From Candidatus Iainarchaeum sp. (GTDB lineage Archaea > Iainarchaeota > Iainarchaeia > Iainarchaeales > UBA10191): a stretch of 51,622 nucleotides of DNA. Each line of letters begins with the position of its first letter. Position 1 is the first letter of the stretch. The translations under genes were made by a program, and so were the position numbers. The DNA lies in NCBI GenBank assembly GCA_030649735.1, contig JAUSFL010000018.1:1-51622 (forward strand), written 5' to 3'. The notes beneath the pieces were generated by a model, which had not been told where the DNA came from, searched no databases, and saw only the letters and a list, made by a program, of their open reading frames with translations. Positions 26,001-35,098 of this stretch are shown piece by piece.

Positions 26001-27465
26001 CAATGGAAACATTTTAGTTTCAGCAATAGACAATTCTAAAGTGACATTCACTTCAACAACAAATTATGGAACTTCAAAAATAAAGGCCGAAACTTCTGGC
26101 GCGGGAGCATTTAACTGCGAAACAACAGTTACAACTTCCATAACTGGCACTGGAAACAATGCAGAATGCGTTTCATATGATTTTGGGCTTGGATTAAATG
26201 AAGATTACATTGTAATGGCGCCTAATGAGACAAAAACTGTTTCTGTTACAATGAAAAACATTGGAACAACAACTTGGACTACTGGAAGCGCTGATGGAAA
26301 AGATTACAGGCTGGGCGCACAAATTCCTTGGGATAACGCGCTTTGGGGATTGAGCAGAATTGGCCTAAATACTGGAGAAACCATAGCGCCTGGAGCTAGC
26401 AAAACATTCACTTTCCAGATTACTGCAACTCCAGCATTGCTTTCAGGCAACACTTACCCAAGCAAATGGAAAATGCTGAAAGAGCTAGTGGAATGGTTCC
26501 CTACTTGGAACGAATTGATAGGAACTTGCGGGCCAGACCACATTACAATAATCGACCCATGCAATACTGCTGGAGCAACCTGCAGACTCAATAATTGCAT
26601 GATTGGTGAAACAAAAGACCTCACAGACTTAACTTGCAGCTTGAATGGGGGAAATACTTGCTGTATTCCAATACCAGTCCCTTCTGAAAGCTGCACAGTA
26701 ACAAGCCCTCCGACTGGAGGAGATACAGTCAACAATAACAGCGACTACTTGCTTGAGTGGAACTACAACAATGTTTCAGGCATTTCAGCAATCACTACTT
26801 TTGATGTGACTTGCGGAGACAGTGCTGCATTAGCAAGCAAAAACTGTGCGGAAGATTCAGTAATAACCGACCAAGTCAATTGCACTGCAAACTGTTCAGG
26901 CTACAAAAATCCTGGAAGCTCAGGCCTTGCTGTAACGCCAGTGATTACGCAATCAATCAACGCCGCTCCTGCAAACTCGACATTATGCACTGTTCCGTCA
27001 ATAACCATAAGTCCTGGAACAGCGACAATTGAAATCAAAAGCGTAATTCCAGACCCAAGCCCTCCGCAAAAAGACCAGTCGTTAAGCTTGAGCGTTATTG
27101 TCAGGAATTACGGCAGCAATCCAGTCAACGGGTCGCTTACAGCAAAAATGACAGGGCCTGGAATTGCAAGCCCGATAGAATTAATGAGGCCAAAGACATT
27201 CTCAAGTGGAGAAACAAGCCACCAGCTTGGAGAAATCATAGCAGACACTGGCTGGACAAACTTCCAATACAACCAAGTTTACACAATAACAATCAAGGCT
27301 TTTGACAACGCAACAGCAACGCCGCCTGCAGTAAGCTCTTTTCCAATTCATTTCATCCTAAAACAGCCGGCAGCCGCAGTGCCTGAAGCCAATCCGCTCT
27401 TCGCAGTGCTAATAGTTGGAATAGTGCTGGGAATCATCGGGTTTAGAAAAAAGCAATGGGTTTGA
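23002..27465 (+). CDS. Large surface protein/adhesin: signal peptide, beta-rich N-domain, Ig-like repeats, vWA, NBR1-like Ig, C-terminal sorting signal and TM
   Basis: vWA MIDAS DVSGS...GGGTNMADAL...VLSDG; two related C..PT L.W Ig units; C-terminal VPEANP-TM-RKK. Confidence 0.85.
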   Translation: MSFGKLPLAIFILFLSSSVFGIVTQITLGDSSLGFVKTFEVSEAGAMTYKGSVATTPSNVQHSSDAIYALSSTTTLKKFSNATLALVDSATTSSGYSAKTLTADNDYVYVLLQGSGGSSNKYYISKYRKSDLTIIGSPVQIYALIAGDAVKYMIKTDGQKVYALITTKKIVSIDNDLASASIRTLSLPATGIAYNFALDEDSIYITDTVPATADLSLLKYSKSSLTLTLSKKVYDFGIVAASKSPSVAVDDTYVYVSYFTSYSSSDSSGRTSQYNKVDFSGSANWANGCDDLAADNRYLYCINDPAGASFAFRKSDMTAVSGMFSGAGDTGGNFISTFDYITQTITPVSCEIAPSSSTLTGSGQVLALDATCTDVSGTERTCPTLNWSLTGSNGSLANVSNTSRNFTSNTTYGSSTVRVNAGLYSCTASITTVAPPAGPSCNVALTPSTIDNFGTILVQVNYSGLSFTPSTSSRVYCNDYYGGDGRRLVGYSECDNRKCIIKCGPYLYASNPSPNISVSLRDPADVAPRIYCNTTLAINPPSLDFDSRVTIENITEKSTGKLLDTSLTSETPTKIPYLTYSTTGPQEEYIIKLKIENPAGKDNWTPTCAKGATTCEGSFALSTGVTGSTFSGFFQTYDSNLVNSGLFTVLRTNQTDPFRNGTSRTISINTKPKMSGDPEINFANNAVNVSNSSPNHIAVFMLFDVSGSMSEGDFNPDKIVAARVAGKRFIDEVYSAYQSVSLAPEDYVKIGLITFETDVDLQKDLASLTSSYKTSLKNKIDDFEAGGGTNMADALKLARERFNAKAGTDKRIIVVLSDGNPKNVPDNTDSVIYANVRYDNDDEAKDFAEEEALLSKTQWKNFSTERAIIYAIKVGYEDGTYDFLKDRIAEAPLEPYYIYVDPNQSGYSDILAGKYAQIAKDIVKTNIAFGNTASKIIPIRSQSTTAKRCTLTPNPANIIGVAPQTQLFSATCYDAVTLGSQLPCPTLTWTHIITGTGLTDNGNILVSAIDNSKVTFTSTTNYGTSKIKAETSGAGAFNCETTVTTSITGTGNNAECVSYDFGLGLNEDYIVMAPNETKTVSVTMKNIGTTTWTTGSADGKDYRLGAQIPWDNALWGLSRIGLNTGETIAPGASKTFTFQITATPALLSGNTYPSKWKMLKELVEWFPTWNELIGTCGPDHITIIDPCNTAGATCRLNNCMIGETKDLTDLTCSLNGGNTCCIPIPVPSESCTVTSPPTGGDTVNNNSDYLLEWNYNNVSGISAITTFDVTCGDSAALASKNCAEDSVITDQVNCTANCSGYKNPGSSGLAVTPVITQSINAAPANSTLCTVPSITISPGTATIEIKSVIPDPSPPQKDQSLSLSVIVRNYGSNPVNGSLTAKMTGPGIASPIELMRPKTFSSGETSHQLGEIIADTGWTNFQYNQVYTITIKAFDNATATPPAVSSFPIHFILKQPAAAVPEANPLFAVLIVGIVLGIIGFRKKQWV

Positions 27466-27535
27466 AAAAGAAAGTGTTTTAAACCAAATTACTGAAGTAT
27501 TGTTATTGCTTTAATTTTTTTGATTTTTTGAAAAG

Positions 27536-27931
27536 GTGGATTTTTTGGAAAAAAGATTTGTTAGAACAAGCCATTTGAAGCCAGGCAGTTATGTGCTGGT
27601 GGACGAGCAAGTTTGCCAAGTGAAAGACCTGGACATTTCAAAGCCTGGAAAGCACGGGGCTTCAAAGGCAAGGATTACCGCAATCGGGGTTTTTGACGAT
27701 GTGAAAAGAAATTTAATGCAGTCAGCGACTGACGATGCCGAAAGCCCAATCATTGACAGGGGAACAGCGCAAATTGTCGCGGACTTGGGAGCAAGCCTGC
27801 AAATAATGGACACCGCGTCATACCAGACTTTCGACTTGCCAAAGCCAAAAGACATTACAGGCCTGAAAGCAGGCGATGAAATAGAATACATAAAGTGCGA
27901 CGAGAAAATCAGGATTGTAAGGAAGAAGTAA
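27536..27931 (+). CDS. eif5a: Translation factor aIF5A (likely TTG start at 27545)
   Basis: SKPGKHGASKARI hypusine loop; QIMD..YQTF. Confidence 0.95.
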   Translation: MDFLEKRFVRTSHLKPGSYVLVDEQVCQVKDLDISKPGKHGASKARITAIGVFDDVKRNLMQSATDDAESPIIDRGTAQIVADLGASLQIMDTASYQTFDLPKPKDITGLKAGDEIEYIKCDEKIRIVRKK

Positions 27932-27949
27932 ATTCCTCGCGGTTTTTTC

Positions 27950-29446
27950 CTATTTTTTGCCTGCTTCTTTTTCAATTTCTATTTTCTTGAAAAGCACTTC
28001 GCCTTTTTTTGCTTGCGTGCCTGCCTTAAGCAAATTGAACTTGCAGTCTTTCAAAGTTCCTGCCTTAACCCCTAATTGGGAATTGATTTTTTCCGAAGTT
28101 TCCGGAATGAAAGGAGATAAAAGTATTGAAATTATGCGCAAGGCATCAGCCACTGAATAAAGCGTTTCTTCAAGCTCTTTTCCAGACTGCTTCCAAGGCT
28201 GCCTGTCGTTGACAAACTTGTTGCAGGCGTTAATGAAGGAAAAAATTTCAGAAAGCGCCATGTGCAGCTCGAATTTTTCCATGTACTTTTGGATTTTCTT
28301 CAAATCAAGCTTTTTCTGCAATTCAGCATTGGTTCTGGCATTTGGGATTTTTCCCTGAAAGTCCTTTTCAATCAATGAAAGAGAGCGGTTCAGCAAATTG
28401 CCCAATTCATTCGCCAATTCATTATTGTGCCTTTCCGCAAGCGTTTTTTCGCTGAAGTCTCCGTCCTCGCCAAAGACAAACTGCCTGCAAATGTAATACC
28501 TTGTGCTGTCTGCCCCGTATTTGCCAGCCAAGTAAATTGGGGAAATCACGTTCCCCAGGCTTTTGCTTATTTTTTGCCCGTTGAAAGTCAAAAACCCGTG
28601 CACGAAAATTGTTTTTGCAGGCTTTATTCCCGCAGACATCAGCATTGCCGGCCAAATCACGCAATGAAACCAGGAATTGTCAACTCCCAAAAGCTCAATG
28701 TCTGCAGGCCAGAATTTTTTGAAGTTTTTTCCATTAGGCCAGTCCAAGGCAGTGATGTAATTCAGCAATGCATCAAACCATACATAAATGACCAGAGAAT
28801 TGTCTTCAGGGTATGGAATTCCCCAGGTTAGATTCTTTCTGGAAATGCTCAAGTCCTTCAATCCTTCCTTGACCCTGTTTATTATTTCATTCGCCCTTTT
28901 CCTTGGAAGAATGCAGTCAGGGTTTTTTGAGTAGAATTCCAAAAGCTTTTTTTCAAACTTGCTCAGCTTGAAAAAGTAAGTCTCTTCCTTCAAAGGCTCG
29001 GGGATTTTGTCAGGATGGAAAGGGCAGCGGCCGTTAACAAGCTCTTTTTCAGTAATGTAGGCTTCGCACCCGACGCAATACAAGCCTTCATAAACTCCCT
29101 TGTAAATGTCGCCTTTGATTTTTTGCGCGAACTTTTGAACAATCAATTTGTGCTCCGGGTCTGTTGTCCTTATGAATTTGTCAAAATTAATCCCCAATTT
29201 TTTCCACGCTTCCAGGAATTTTGCGGAATTTTGGTCGGAAAATTCCTTGGGCGCAAGGCCCGCGGCCTCGGCGCTTCTTGCAATCTTTTGCCCGTGCTCG
29301 TCAGTTCCAGTAAGGAAAAACACTTCTTCGCCTGAAAGCCTGTGCCATCTTGCAAGAACATCGGCAATGACCTTTTGGTAAGTGTGGCCAATGTGCGGTT
29401 CTGCATTCACATAATCAATTGCAGTTGTTACGTAAAATTTTCCCAT
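27950..29446 (-). CDS. metG: Methionine--tRNA ligase, short single-knuckle type
   Basis: YVTTAIDYVN..PHIGH, GTDEHG, CVGC...CPFH, YVWFDAL, KISKS. Confidence 0.95.
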   Translation of the reverse strand: MGKFYVTTAIDYVNAEPHIGHTYQKVIADVLARWHRLSGEEVFFLTGTDEHGQKIARSAEAAGLAPKEFSDQNSAKFLEAWKKLGINFDKFIRTTDPEHKLIVQKFAQKIKGDIYKGVYEGLYCVGCEAYITEKELVNGRCPFHPDKIPEPLKEETYFFKLSKFEKKLLEFYSKNPDCILPRKRANEIINRVKEGLKDLSISRKNLTWGIPYPEDNSLVIYVWFDALLNYITALDWPNGKNFKKFWPADIELLGVDNSWFHCVIWPAMLMSAGIKPAKTIFVHGFLTFNGQKISKSLGNVISPIYLAGKYGADSTRYYICRQFVFGEDGDFSEKTLAERHNNELANELGNLLNRSLSLIEKDFQGKIPNARTNAELQKKLDLKKIQKYMEKFELHMALSEIFSFINACNKFVNDRQPWKQSGKELEETLYSVADALRIISILLSPFIPETSEKINSQLGVKAGTLKDCKFNLLKAGTQAKKGEVLFKKIEIEKEAGKK

Positions 29447-29557
29447 TCCAAAAACCTTTTTTTAGAGAATAATGTGGGTTTTTCATTAAAAAAGAATTGC
29501 TGAAAAGCCGCAAAAACTTCAAAGAAAAAGAAAAAAATGGAAAAACAACGGTTTTTG

Positions 29558-29929
29558 TCAAACCGCGGTTTTTTTGAACACTGAAGAAAGCTCTTTTTGC
29601 GAAAAGCCGGCCTTTTCAGCCTCTATTGCAGTGAAGCCAGCGCTTTTTATTGCAAAAATGCTGAATCCGGCCTGCTTCAAGTCTGCGGCATTAAAGCCTG
29701 CTTCCTTCAACTGCCTTACGTTATAGCCTGCAAGCATTAAATCAGAGGCCTGAAAGCCCAAATTCTTCAATGCGAATGCAGTGAATCCCATTCCTTTAAG
29801 CCTTAAGGCGTCATATCCTTTGCCTTCAAGCTTTTTTGCCTCGCTTGAATGCTCCATAATATACAATGTCTTAGCCTGGTTTTGTGCAAAAAATCCCTTG
29901 GCTAAAAAATTGTTGTTTTCTTTATTCAT
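29558..29929 (-). CDS. Small decapeptide-repeat protein (LKxAGFxAxx); alternative start ATG 29857
   Basis: About 8 tandem 10-aa units, e.g. LKEAGFNAAD LKQAGFSIFA IKSAGFTAIE AEKAGFSQKE. Confidence 0.75.
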   Translation of the reverse strand: MNKENNNFLAKGFFAQNQAKTLYIMEHSSEAKKLEGKGYDALRLKGMGFTAFALKNLGFQASDLMLAGYNVRQLKEAGFNAADLKQAGFSIFAIKSAGFTAIEAEKAGFSQKELSSVFKKTAV

Positions 29930-30311
29930 TTTTACTCACCCTTTATTCTCTAAAAATTCGGGAAATTGGTTGGTTTTTGCCCTTTTTTCTTAGGAACATG
30001 AAAGAAAGATAATAAGGAATAAAAACAAATCGCAAGAGTTTCTCAAACATAATTTCCAAGCAAAAAACAACTATACAAACAATAGTTTTTTCGCTTTTTG
30101 GCAGCCTCAAACACAGCGCAGTTTGTTTTTTGAACTTGATAAAGTAATTAACAGGAATGCCGTAAGTTATTAGAATTATTTTTACAAACTAAAAAAAACT
30201 CCCAAATACTAGTTTTTTCAAAAATAAAAGCCGCAGAAACTTTTCTCGACCGGAAGAACGGCCTGAAATAGTTTAATAAAGGAAAGAGACAGGATTCGAA
30301 AGGTGTAGTGT

Positions 30312-33300
30312 TTGGTTGAAGAATTACGGGAAGTGCAGGCAGAAAGCTCTGAAAACCCTTTTGTTGAAAAGTTCGAGGAATTCTTCAAAGTACAGTCAAT
30401 CAAAAAGCAGGTTGAACGGCTGATTGGAAGCTATCCTGAAAAAAAAAGCCTCACAATTGATTTTAAAGAATTGGAACAATTTGACTACCAGCTCGCAGAC
30501 GAGCTTTTGGCAAACCCGGATAACGTGCTGCAAGGCGCGCAAATCGCAATCCAAAAAGTAGAAGTTCCGGCATTAGAAATTGATGCTTTTTCCCCGCACG
30601 TGCGCTTTTTCAACCTCCCAAAAGACAGCACAGTGCTCATTAGGGATGTCAGCGCAAAGCATTTGGGAAAACTAATGGCCATTGAAGGGGTTGTCCGCCA
30701 ATTCAATCAAGTGCAGCCAAAACTGAAAATGGCAATTTGGAAATGCCGAAGGTGCGGAAACTCCTACAAAATGGAACAGGACGGTTTTTCCATAAAAATG
30801 CCCGCAATGTGCGAATGCAAGCACAGGGACTTCGAGCTTAACGAGCCTGAAAGCACTTTCATAAACCACCAAAAAATCGGGGTCCAAGAGCCATTGGAAA
30901 AATTGAAGGGAAGCGAACAGGCAAACACTCTCGATGTTCACGCGCTTGATGACTTGGTAAACAAAGTGACTCCAGGAGACAAGACAATAATTGTTGGAAT
31001 TTTGCGCCTGTACCCGCCGCAAAAAGACAAGCACTTGATTTACGGAAGATACCTGGAAGCACTAAGCATTCAGGAAAAAGAAAGAGAATTCGAAGAAATG
31101 GAAGTTTCAAAGGAAGAAGAGGAAGAAATAAAAAAATTCTCGAAAAAAAGAAACGCTTTTGAAGTATTAAGGCAAAGCATTGCCCCAAGCATTTACGGCC
31201 ACGACACTGTAAAAGACGCAATAGTCCTGCAGCTTTTCAACGGAGTGAAAAAAACCCTTCCCGGAGAGATGAAAGTCAGGGGAAACATTCACGTTTTATT
31301 GGTTGGAGATCCTGGCTGTTTAGTGGGCGATGAAAGAGTCGCCTTAGGAAATGGATCCATTGAAAGAATTATGGACTTGGGAAAAGAGCACCTTCAGGAA
31401 TTGCAAACGCAAGTCTTGACAGGCGAAGGCGGAAAGAAAAGAGACTGGGCAACCTGCTTTCACTATTACAAGCAGCAGCCAGTTATTGAAATAATCACTG
31501 AAAGCGGAAAAAGCATCAAAGGAACACTAAACCATCCGCTTCTTTGCGTTTCAAAAGAAAACAGCAGCGTGAAAAGAGCGTGGAAAAGGCTTGACGAATT
31601 CAAAATAGGCGACAAGGTCGCTTCAGTCACAAAAATCCCTTGCACTATCACTGCAGAAATCCCAACTGGCTTTAAGACAGTTCTCCAAGAAAATAATTCA
31701 AAAGCCAAAGGAAAGCTTCCTGAAAAAGTTTCAAAAAAGCTTGCTGGCTTTCTAGGGTATTGCATTGGTGATGGGTGGGCGCAAAAATACAGGATTGGAT
31801 TTGTCGTCTCTGAAGAAGAAATCGACCTATTGCCAAAACTGCTCGAGGCAAGCGAAGAATTGTTTGGAATAAAGCCAAGCTTGGAGAAAAAGAAACTCAA
31901 GAACGGGCGCAAAGTCCAAATGCATTATGCAATAATCCATTCCAAAAACATTGCAAAAAACCTTTCATTCCTGCAGGAAAAAAGAATCCCAAAATTAATA
32001 ATGCGCTCCGGAAACAAAGTGGCTGCAGAATTCATTAAATGGCTTTTTGAGGCTGACGGCTGCGTTTTCAGCAAAGGCCGAGGCAAAAGAGCAATAGCGC
32101 TAAAGGCAAAAAACATCGAGCTTTTGCGCGATGTGCAAATGCTCTTGCTCAGGTTTGGAATCCACTCCAGAATCACGGAAAATGCACTGCAAATAAGGCG
32201 CGGCAAGGACATTATAAAATTCTCAAAAAGCATTGGCTTCGCTTCAGAAAAAAAGAAATCTCGAATGAAGCAATTGGCAAAAGACGCTGAAAGCTTTGGA
32301 AGATTCAATTCTCAAAGAAGCGAAAGAATCGTGAAAATAATCAAGCACTCTCCAGAAGACGTTTTTGACATTGAAGTCCCAAAAACCCACAGGTTCATAG
32401 CAAATGGAATAATATCCCACAACACTGCAAAGTCTCAAATGCTCCGCGCAATAGGGCAAATAGCGCCAAAAAGCATTTACGCCGCAGGAAAAACCACAAG
32501 CGGTGTGGGCCTTTGCGTTGCGCCAGACACCTTAATACTAAATGACAACGGATTTAAGGAAATCAAGGAATTCGTTGAAGACTCGTTTGATGAGAAAAAA
32601 GCAATTGAGGAAATTCAAGGGGCTTTCAGCAACCAGTTCAATTCAAAAAACGCAAACTGCTTAAGCCCAAGCTTGAAAATGGAAGAAAAGCCAATTTACA
32701 AGATTTGGAGAATTAAAGCGCCTGAAAAAATGTTCAAAATCAAGACAAGAAGCGGAAAAGAAATCAAGCTCACACCAAACACCAGCCTGCCGAGAATTAA
32801 AGATGGGAAAGTTGAATGGATAAAAAGCAGCTTGCTTGAGGCTGGAGACTTTGTTGCAACTGCAAGAAAGCTCCCTCAAGGAAAGCAAAAGGTTTACTGC
32901 GCTGAAATATTAAGCAGTCACCAAACCATCAGAATCCAAAACAACGTGTCAAAAGAATTCAGTGAAATCACTAATAAATTAATTAAGAAAAAGAATTGCA
33001 CGCTTGAAGAACTTGCCAAAAGCATTGGCTTGAAAAAAGAACGATTTTATCGCTGGAGAATGCAAAAATTCTATCAAGGAATCCCATTGAGTGTTTTCTG
33101 GAAGCTTGGAATTGAAGCAGGAATTCCAAAAAATCAACTGGCTGGCAAGATAAAAACAGTGTTTTCAAGATATGGAAAAAACATTAATATTCCAGAAAGA
33201 CTTGACAATGAAAAACTTTGCTATCTTGCAGGATTGGCCTTGGGAGACGGAAGCCTTTATGAAGGAAAAAACACCGCCCAATTAAGGATTTGGAGCGCTG

Positions 33301-35096
33301 ACAGGCAAATCCTGGAAACAATTGAAGAGTATGTTGAGGAATTATTTGCGATTAAGGCAGAAAAGATAAAAGACCATAATGGCCTTGAAGGAAGGCGAAT
33401 AAAATACTTTGAAGCAATAGAGCTCTTGAAAGAGCTTGGGTTGGCAAAAAAAGAAAAAATTGCATTAAGCCATTCAACCACAGAGCAATCAAATAAAAGC
33501 ATCAAAGAAATTCTTTCAGGCCTGTTTGACACTGATGGATATGCAAGCAATGCAAGAGCTGGATCATCACACGTTGGGTTTACAACAATCAGCAAAAAGC
33601 TCGCCCAAACAACAAGCCTTGCGCTCTTAAAATTTGGAATCCTGTCAAAAATCAGGTTGAGAAAAAGGGCAGGAAACAAGGCATTCTCAAAAGGACTGTT
33701 GATTCAAAGCAAGCACGACCAATACTGTGTTGAAATTAGGGGCAAAAATAACCTTGAATTGTTTGAGCAAGAAATAGGATTCAAGCTTGAAAGGAAAAAG
33801 AAAGCCCTTGAAATAATAATTGGAAAAATTTCAAAAGAAAACACAAACATTGACACAATTCCAGAAATTAAGAAACTAACGGGCTTTTCATTCAATCCTT
33901 CAAGAAAATTCCTTAAAGCAAATGTTGAGAATGATAAATTGCTAAATCTTTCAGAATCTGACGTTTTTTGGGATGAAATTAAGGAAAAAACAGAATTTTC
34001 TCCAGACTTTGAGTTTGTTTACGATTTTAGTGTTAGAGAAAACCATAATTTCATAGCAAATGGATTCTTCGTGCATAATACTGCTTCGGCAGAGAAAGAC
34101 GAGTTCGGGGAAGGCGGTTGGACTTTAAAGGCCGGAGCATTGGTTTTGGCTTCTGGTGGAATGGCAATGATTGATGAATTTGACAAAATGAACCCTGAAG
34201 ACCGCTCTTCAATGCATGAAGCATTAGAGCAAGGAACCATAAGCATTGCAAAGGCGGGAATTGTGACAACATTCCGCACTGACACCAGCGTTCTTGCGGC
34301 AGCAAACCCAAAATACGCAAGGTTTGACGCTTACATGAATTCTTTAGAGCAAGTCGACCTTCCGCCAACATTGATCAGCCGCTTTGACTTATTGTTTTTG
34401 ATAAAGGACAATTTGGACAGGAAAAAAGACGAAGACATTACAGACTTCATCCTGAAAAGGCACCAGGAAGGCGAAAAGGCAATTCATGAAAAAAAATTCC
34501 AGGTAAAAATGGATGAAGTGAAAACAGAATCAGTAAATGAGGAAAGCGTTGACCCGGAATTCCTGAAAAAATACATTAGTTACGCAAGGCAGAAAATATT
34601 CCCAATAATGACTGACGCCGCAATGAACCACATCAGGGAATTTTACCTGAAGTTAAGGGACATGGGAAGGCAGGACAAGGTTTATGCCGCAACGCACAGG
34701 CAATTGGAAGCCCTAATCCGCCTGTCTGAAGCAAGCGCGCGTGTGCGCCTGAAAGATTTTGTCGAGGAAGAAGACACTGAAAGGGCAACGCGCATTTTCA
34801 GGGCATCTCTTGACGAGCTTGCAATTGACAAGGAAACTGGAAAATTGGACATTGACTTGATTACTTCAGGCCAGGCTTCAAGCAAGACTTCGCAAATCAA
34901 GAAAATTGTCGGAATCATCAGGGAAAAAACACAGGATGGAAGAAGCCAGGCAGCCTATGATGAAGTGGTAAAAATTGCGGTGTCTGAAGGAATTGACGAA
35001 GACCGCGCCAAAGAACTCATTAGCGACTTGAAAAAGAAAGGCGAGCTTTACGAGCCAACGCTCGGCTGGCTTAAAATGACAGACAGGAAAGACTGA
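30312..35096 (+). CDS. mcm: MCM replicative helicase with two inteins (703 aa after splicing)
   Basis: CRRC..CEC Zn finger, GDPG|TAKS Walker A, IDEFDKM Walker B, AANP, SRFD, winged-helix C-terminus. Confidence 0.97.
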   Translation: MVEELREVQAESSENPFVEKFEEFFKVQSIKKQVERLIGSYPEKKSLTIDFKELEQFDYQLADELLANPDNVLQGAQIAIQKVEVPALEIDAFSPHVRFFNLPKDSTVLIRDVSAKHLGKLMAIEGVVRQFNQVQPKLKMAIWKCRRCGNSYKMEQDGFSIKMPAMCECKHRDFELNEPESTFINHQKIGVQEPLEKLKGSEQANTLDVHALDDLVNKVTPGDKTIIVGILRLYPPQKDKHLIYGRYLEALSIQEKEREFEEMEVSKEEEEEIKKFSKKRNAFEVLRQSIAPSIYGHDTVKDAIVLQLFNGVKKTLPGEMKVRGNIHVLLVGDPGCLVGDERVALGNGSIERIMDLGKEHLQELQTQVLTGEGGKKRDWATCFHYYKQQPVIEIITESGKSIKGTLNHPLLCVSKENSSVKRAWKRLDEFKIGDKVASVTKIPCTITAEIPTGFKTVLQENNSKAKGKLPEKVSKKLAGFLGYCIGDGWAQKYRIGFVVSEEEIDLLPKLLEASEELFGIKPSLEKKKLKNGRKVQMHYAIIHSKNIAKNLSFLQEKRIPKLIMRSGNKVAAEFIKWLFEADGCVFSKGRGKRAIALKAKNIELLRDVQMLLLRFGIHSRITENALQIRRGKDIIKFSKSIGFASEKKKSRMKQLAKDAESFGRFNSQRSERIVKIIKHSPEDVFDIEVPKTHRFIANGIISHNTAKSQMLRAIGQIAPKSIYAAGKTTSGVGLCVAPDTLILNDNGFKEIKEFVEDSFDEKKAIEEIQGAFSNQFNSKNANCLSPSLKMEEKPIYKIWRIKAPEKMFKIKTRSGKEIKLTPNTSLPRIKDGKVEWIKSSLLEAGDFVATARKLPQGKQKVYCAEILSSHQTIRIQNNVSKEFSEITNKLIKKKNCTLEELAKSIGLKKERFYRWRMQKFYQGIPLSVFWKLGIEAGIPKNQLAGKIKTVFSRYGKNINIPERLDNEKLCYLAGLALGDGSLYEGKNTAQLRIWSADRQILETIEEYVEELFAIKAEKIKDHNGLEGRRIKYFEAIELLKELGLAKKEKIALSHSTTEQSNKSIKEILSGLFDTDGYASNARAGSSHVGFTTISKKLAQTTSLALLKFGILSKIRLRKRAGNKAFSKGLLIQSKHDQYCVEIRGKNNLELFEQEIGFKLERKKKALEIIIGKISKENTNIDTIPEIKKLTGFSFNPSRKFLKANVENDKLLNLSESDVFWDEIKEKTEFSPDFEFVYDFSVRENHNFIANGFFVHNTASAEKDEFGEGGWTLKAGALVLASGGMAMIDEFDKMNPEDRSSMHEALEQGTISIAKAGIVTTFRTDTSVLAAANPKYARFDAYMNSLEQVDLPPTLISRFDLLFLIKDNLDRKKDEDITDFILKRHQEGEKAIHEKKFQVKMDEVKTESVNEESVDPEFLKKYISYARQKIFPIMTDAAMNHIREFYLKLRDMGRQDKVYAATHRQLEALIRLSEASARVRLKDFVEEEDTERATRIFRASLDELAIDKETGKLDIDLITSGQASSKTSQIKKIVGIIREKTQDGRSQAAYDEVVKIAVSEGIDEDRAKELISDLKKKGELYEPTLGWLKMTDRKD
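31317..32423 (+). mobile_element. MCM intein 1 (369 aa, LAGLIDADG) in Walker A
   Basis: CLVGDERV...GTLNHP...LGYCIGDG...LFEADG...VFDIEV..THRFIANGIISHN|T. Confidence 0.95.
32514..34079 (+). mobile_element. MCM intein 2 (522 aa, LAGLIDADG plus HTH insert)
   Basis: CVAPDTLI...LTPNT...LAGLALGDG...LSGLFDTDG...VYDFSV..NHNFIANGFFVHN|T. Confidence 0.95.
35072..35096 (+). repeat. Degenerate direct repeat, copy 1 (mcm 3' end)
   Basis: TAAAATGACAGACAGGAAAGACTGA, 20/25 identical to 35935-35959. Confidence 0.7.
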
Positions 35097-35098
35097 AA

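Noticed and set aside
29943-30050. 35-aa minus-strand ORF (MFEKLLRFVFIPYYLSFMFLRKKGKNQPISRIFRE)
   Set aside because: Short, low complexity and no clear SD; cannot be supported without homologues.
29930-30311. Canonical replication origin next to mcm
   Set aside because: No ORB/mini-ORB consensus and no orc1/cdc6 in the window.
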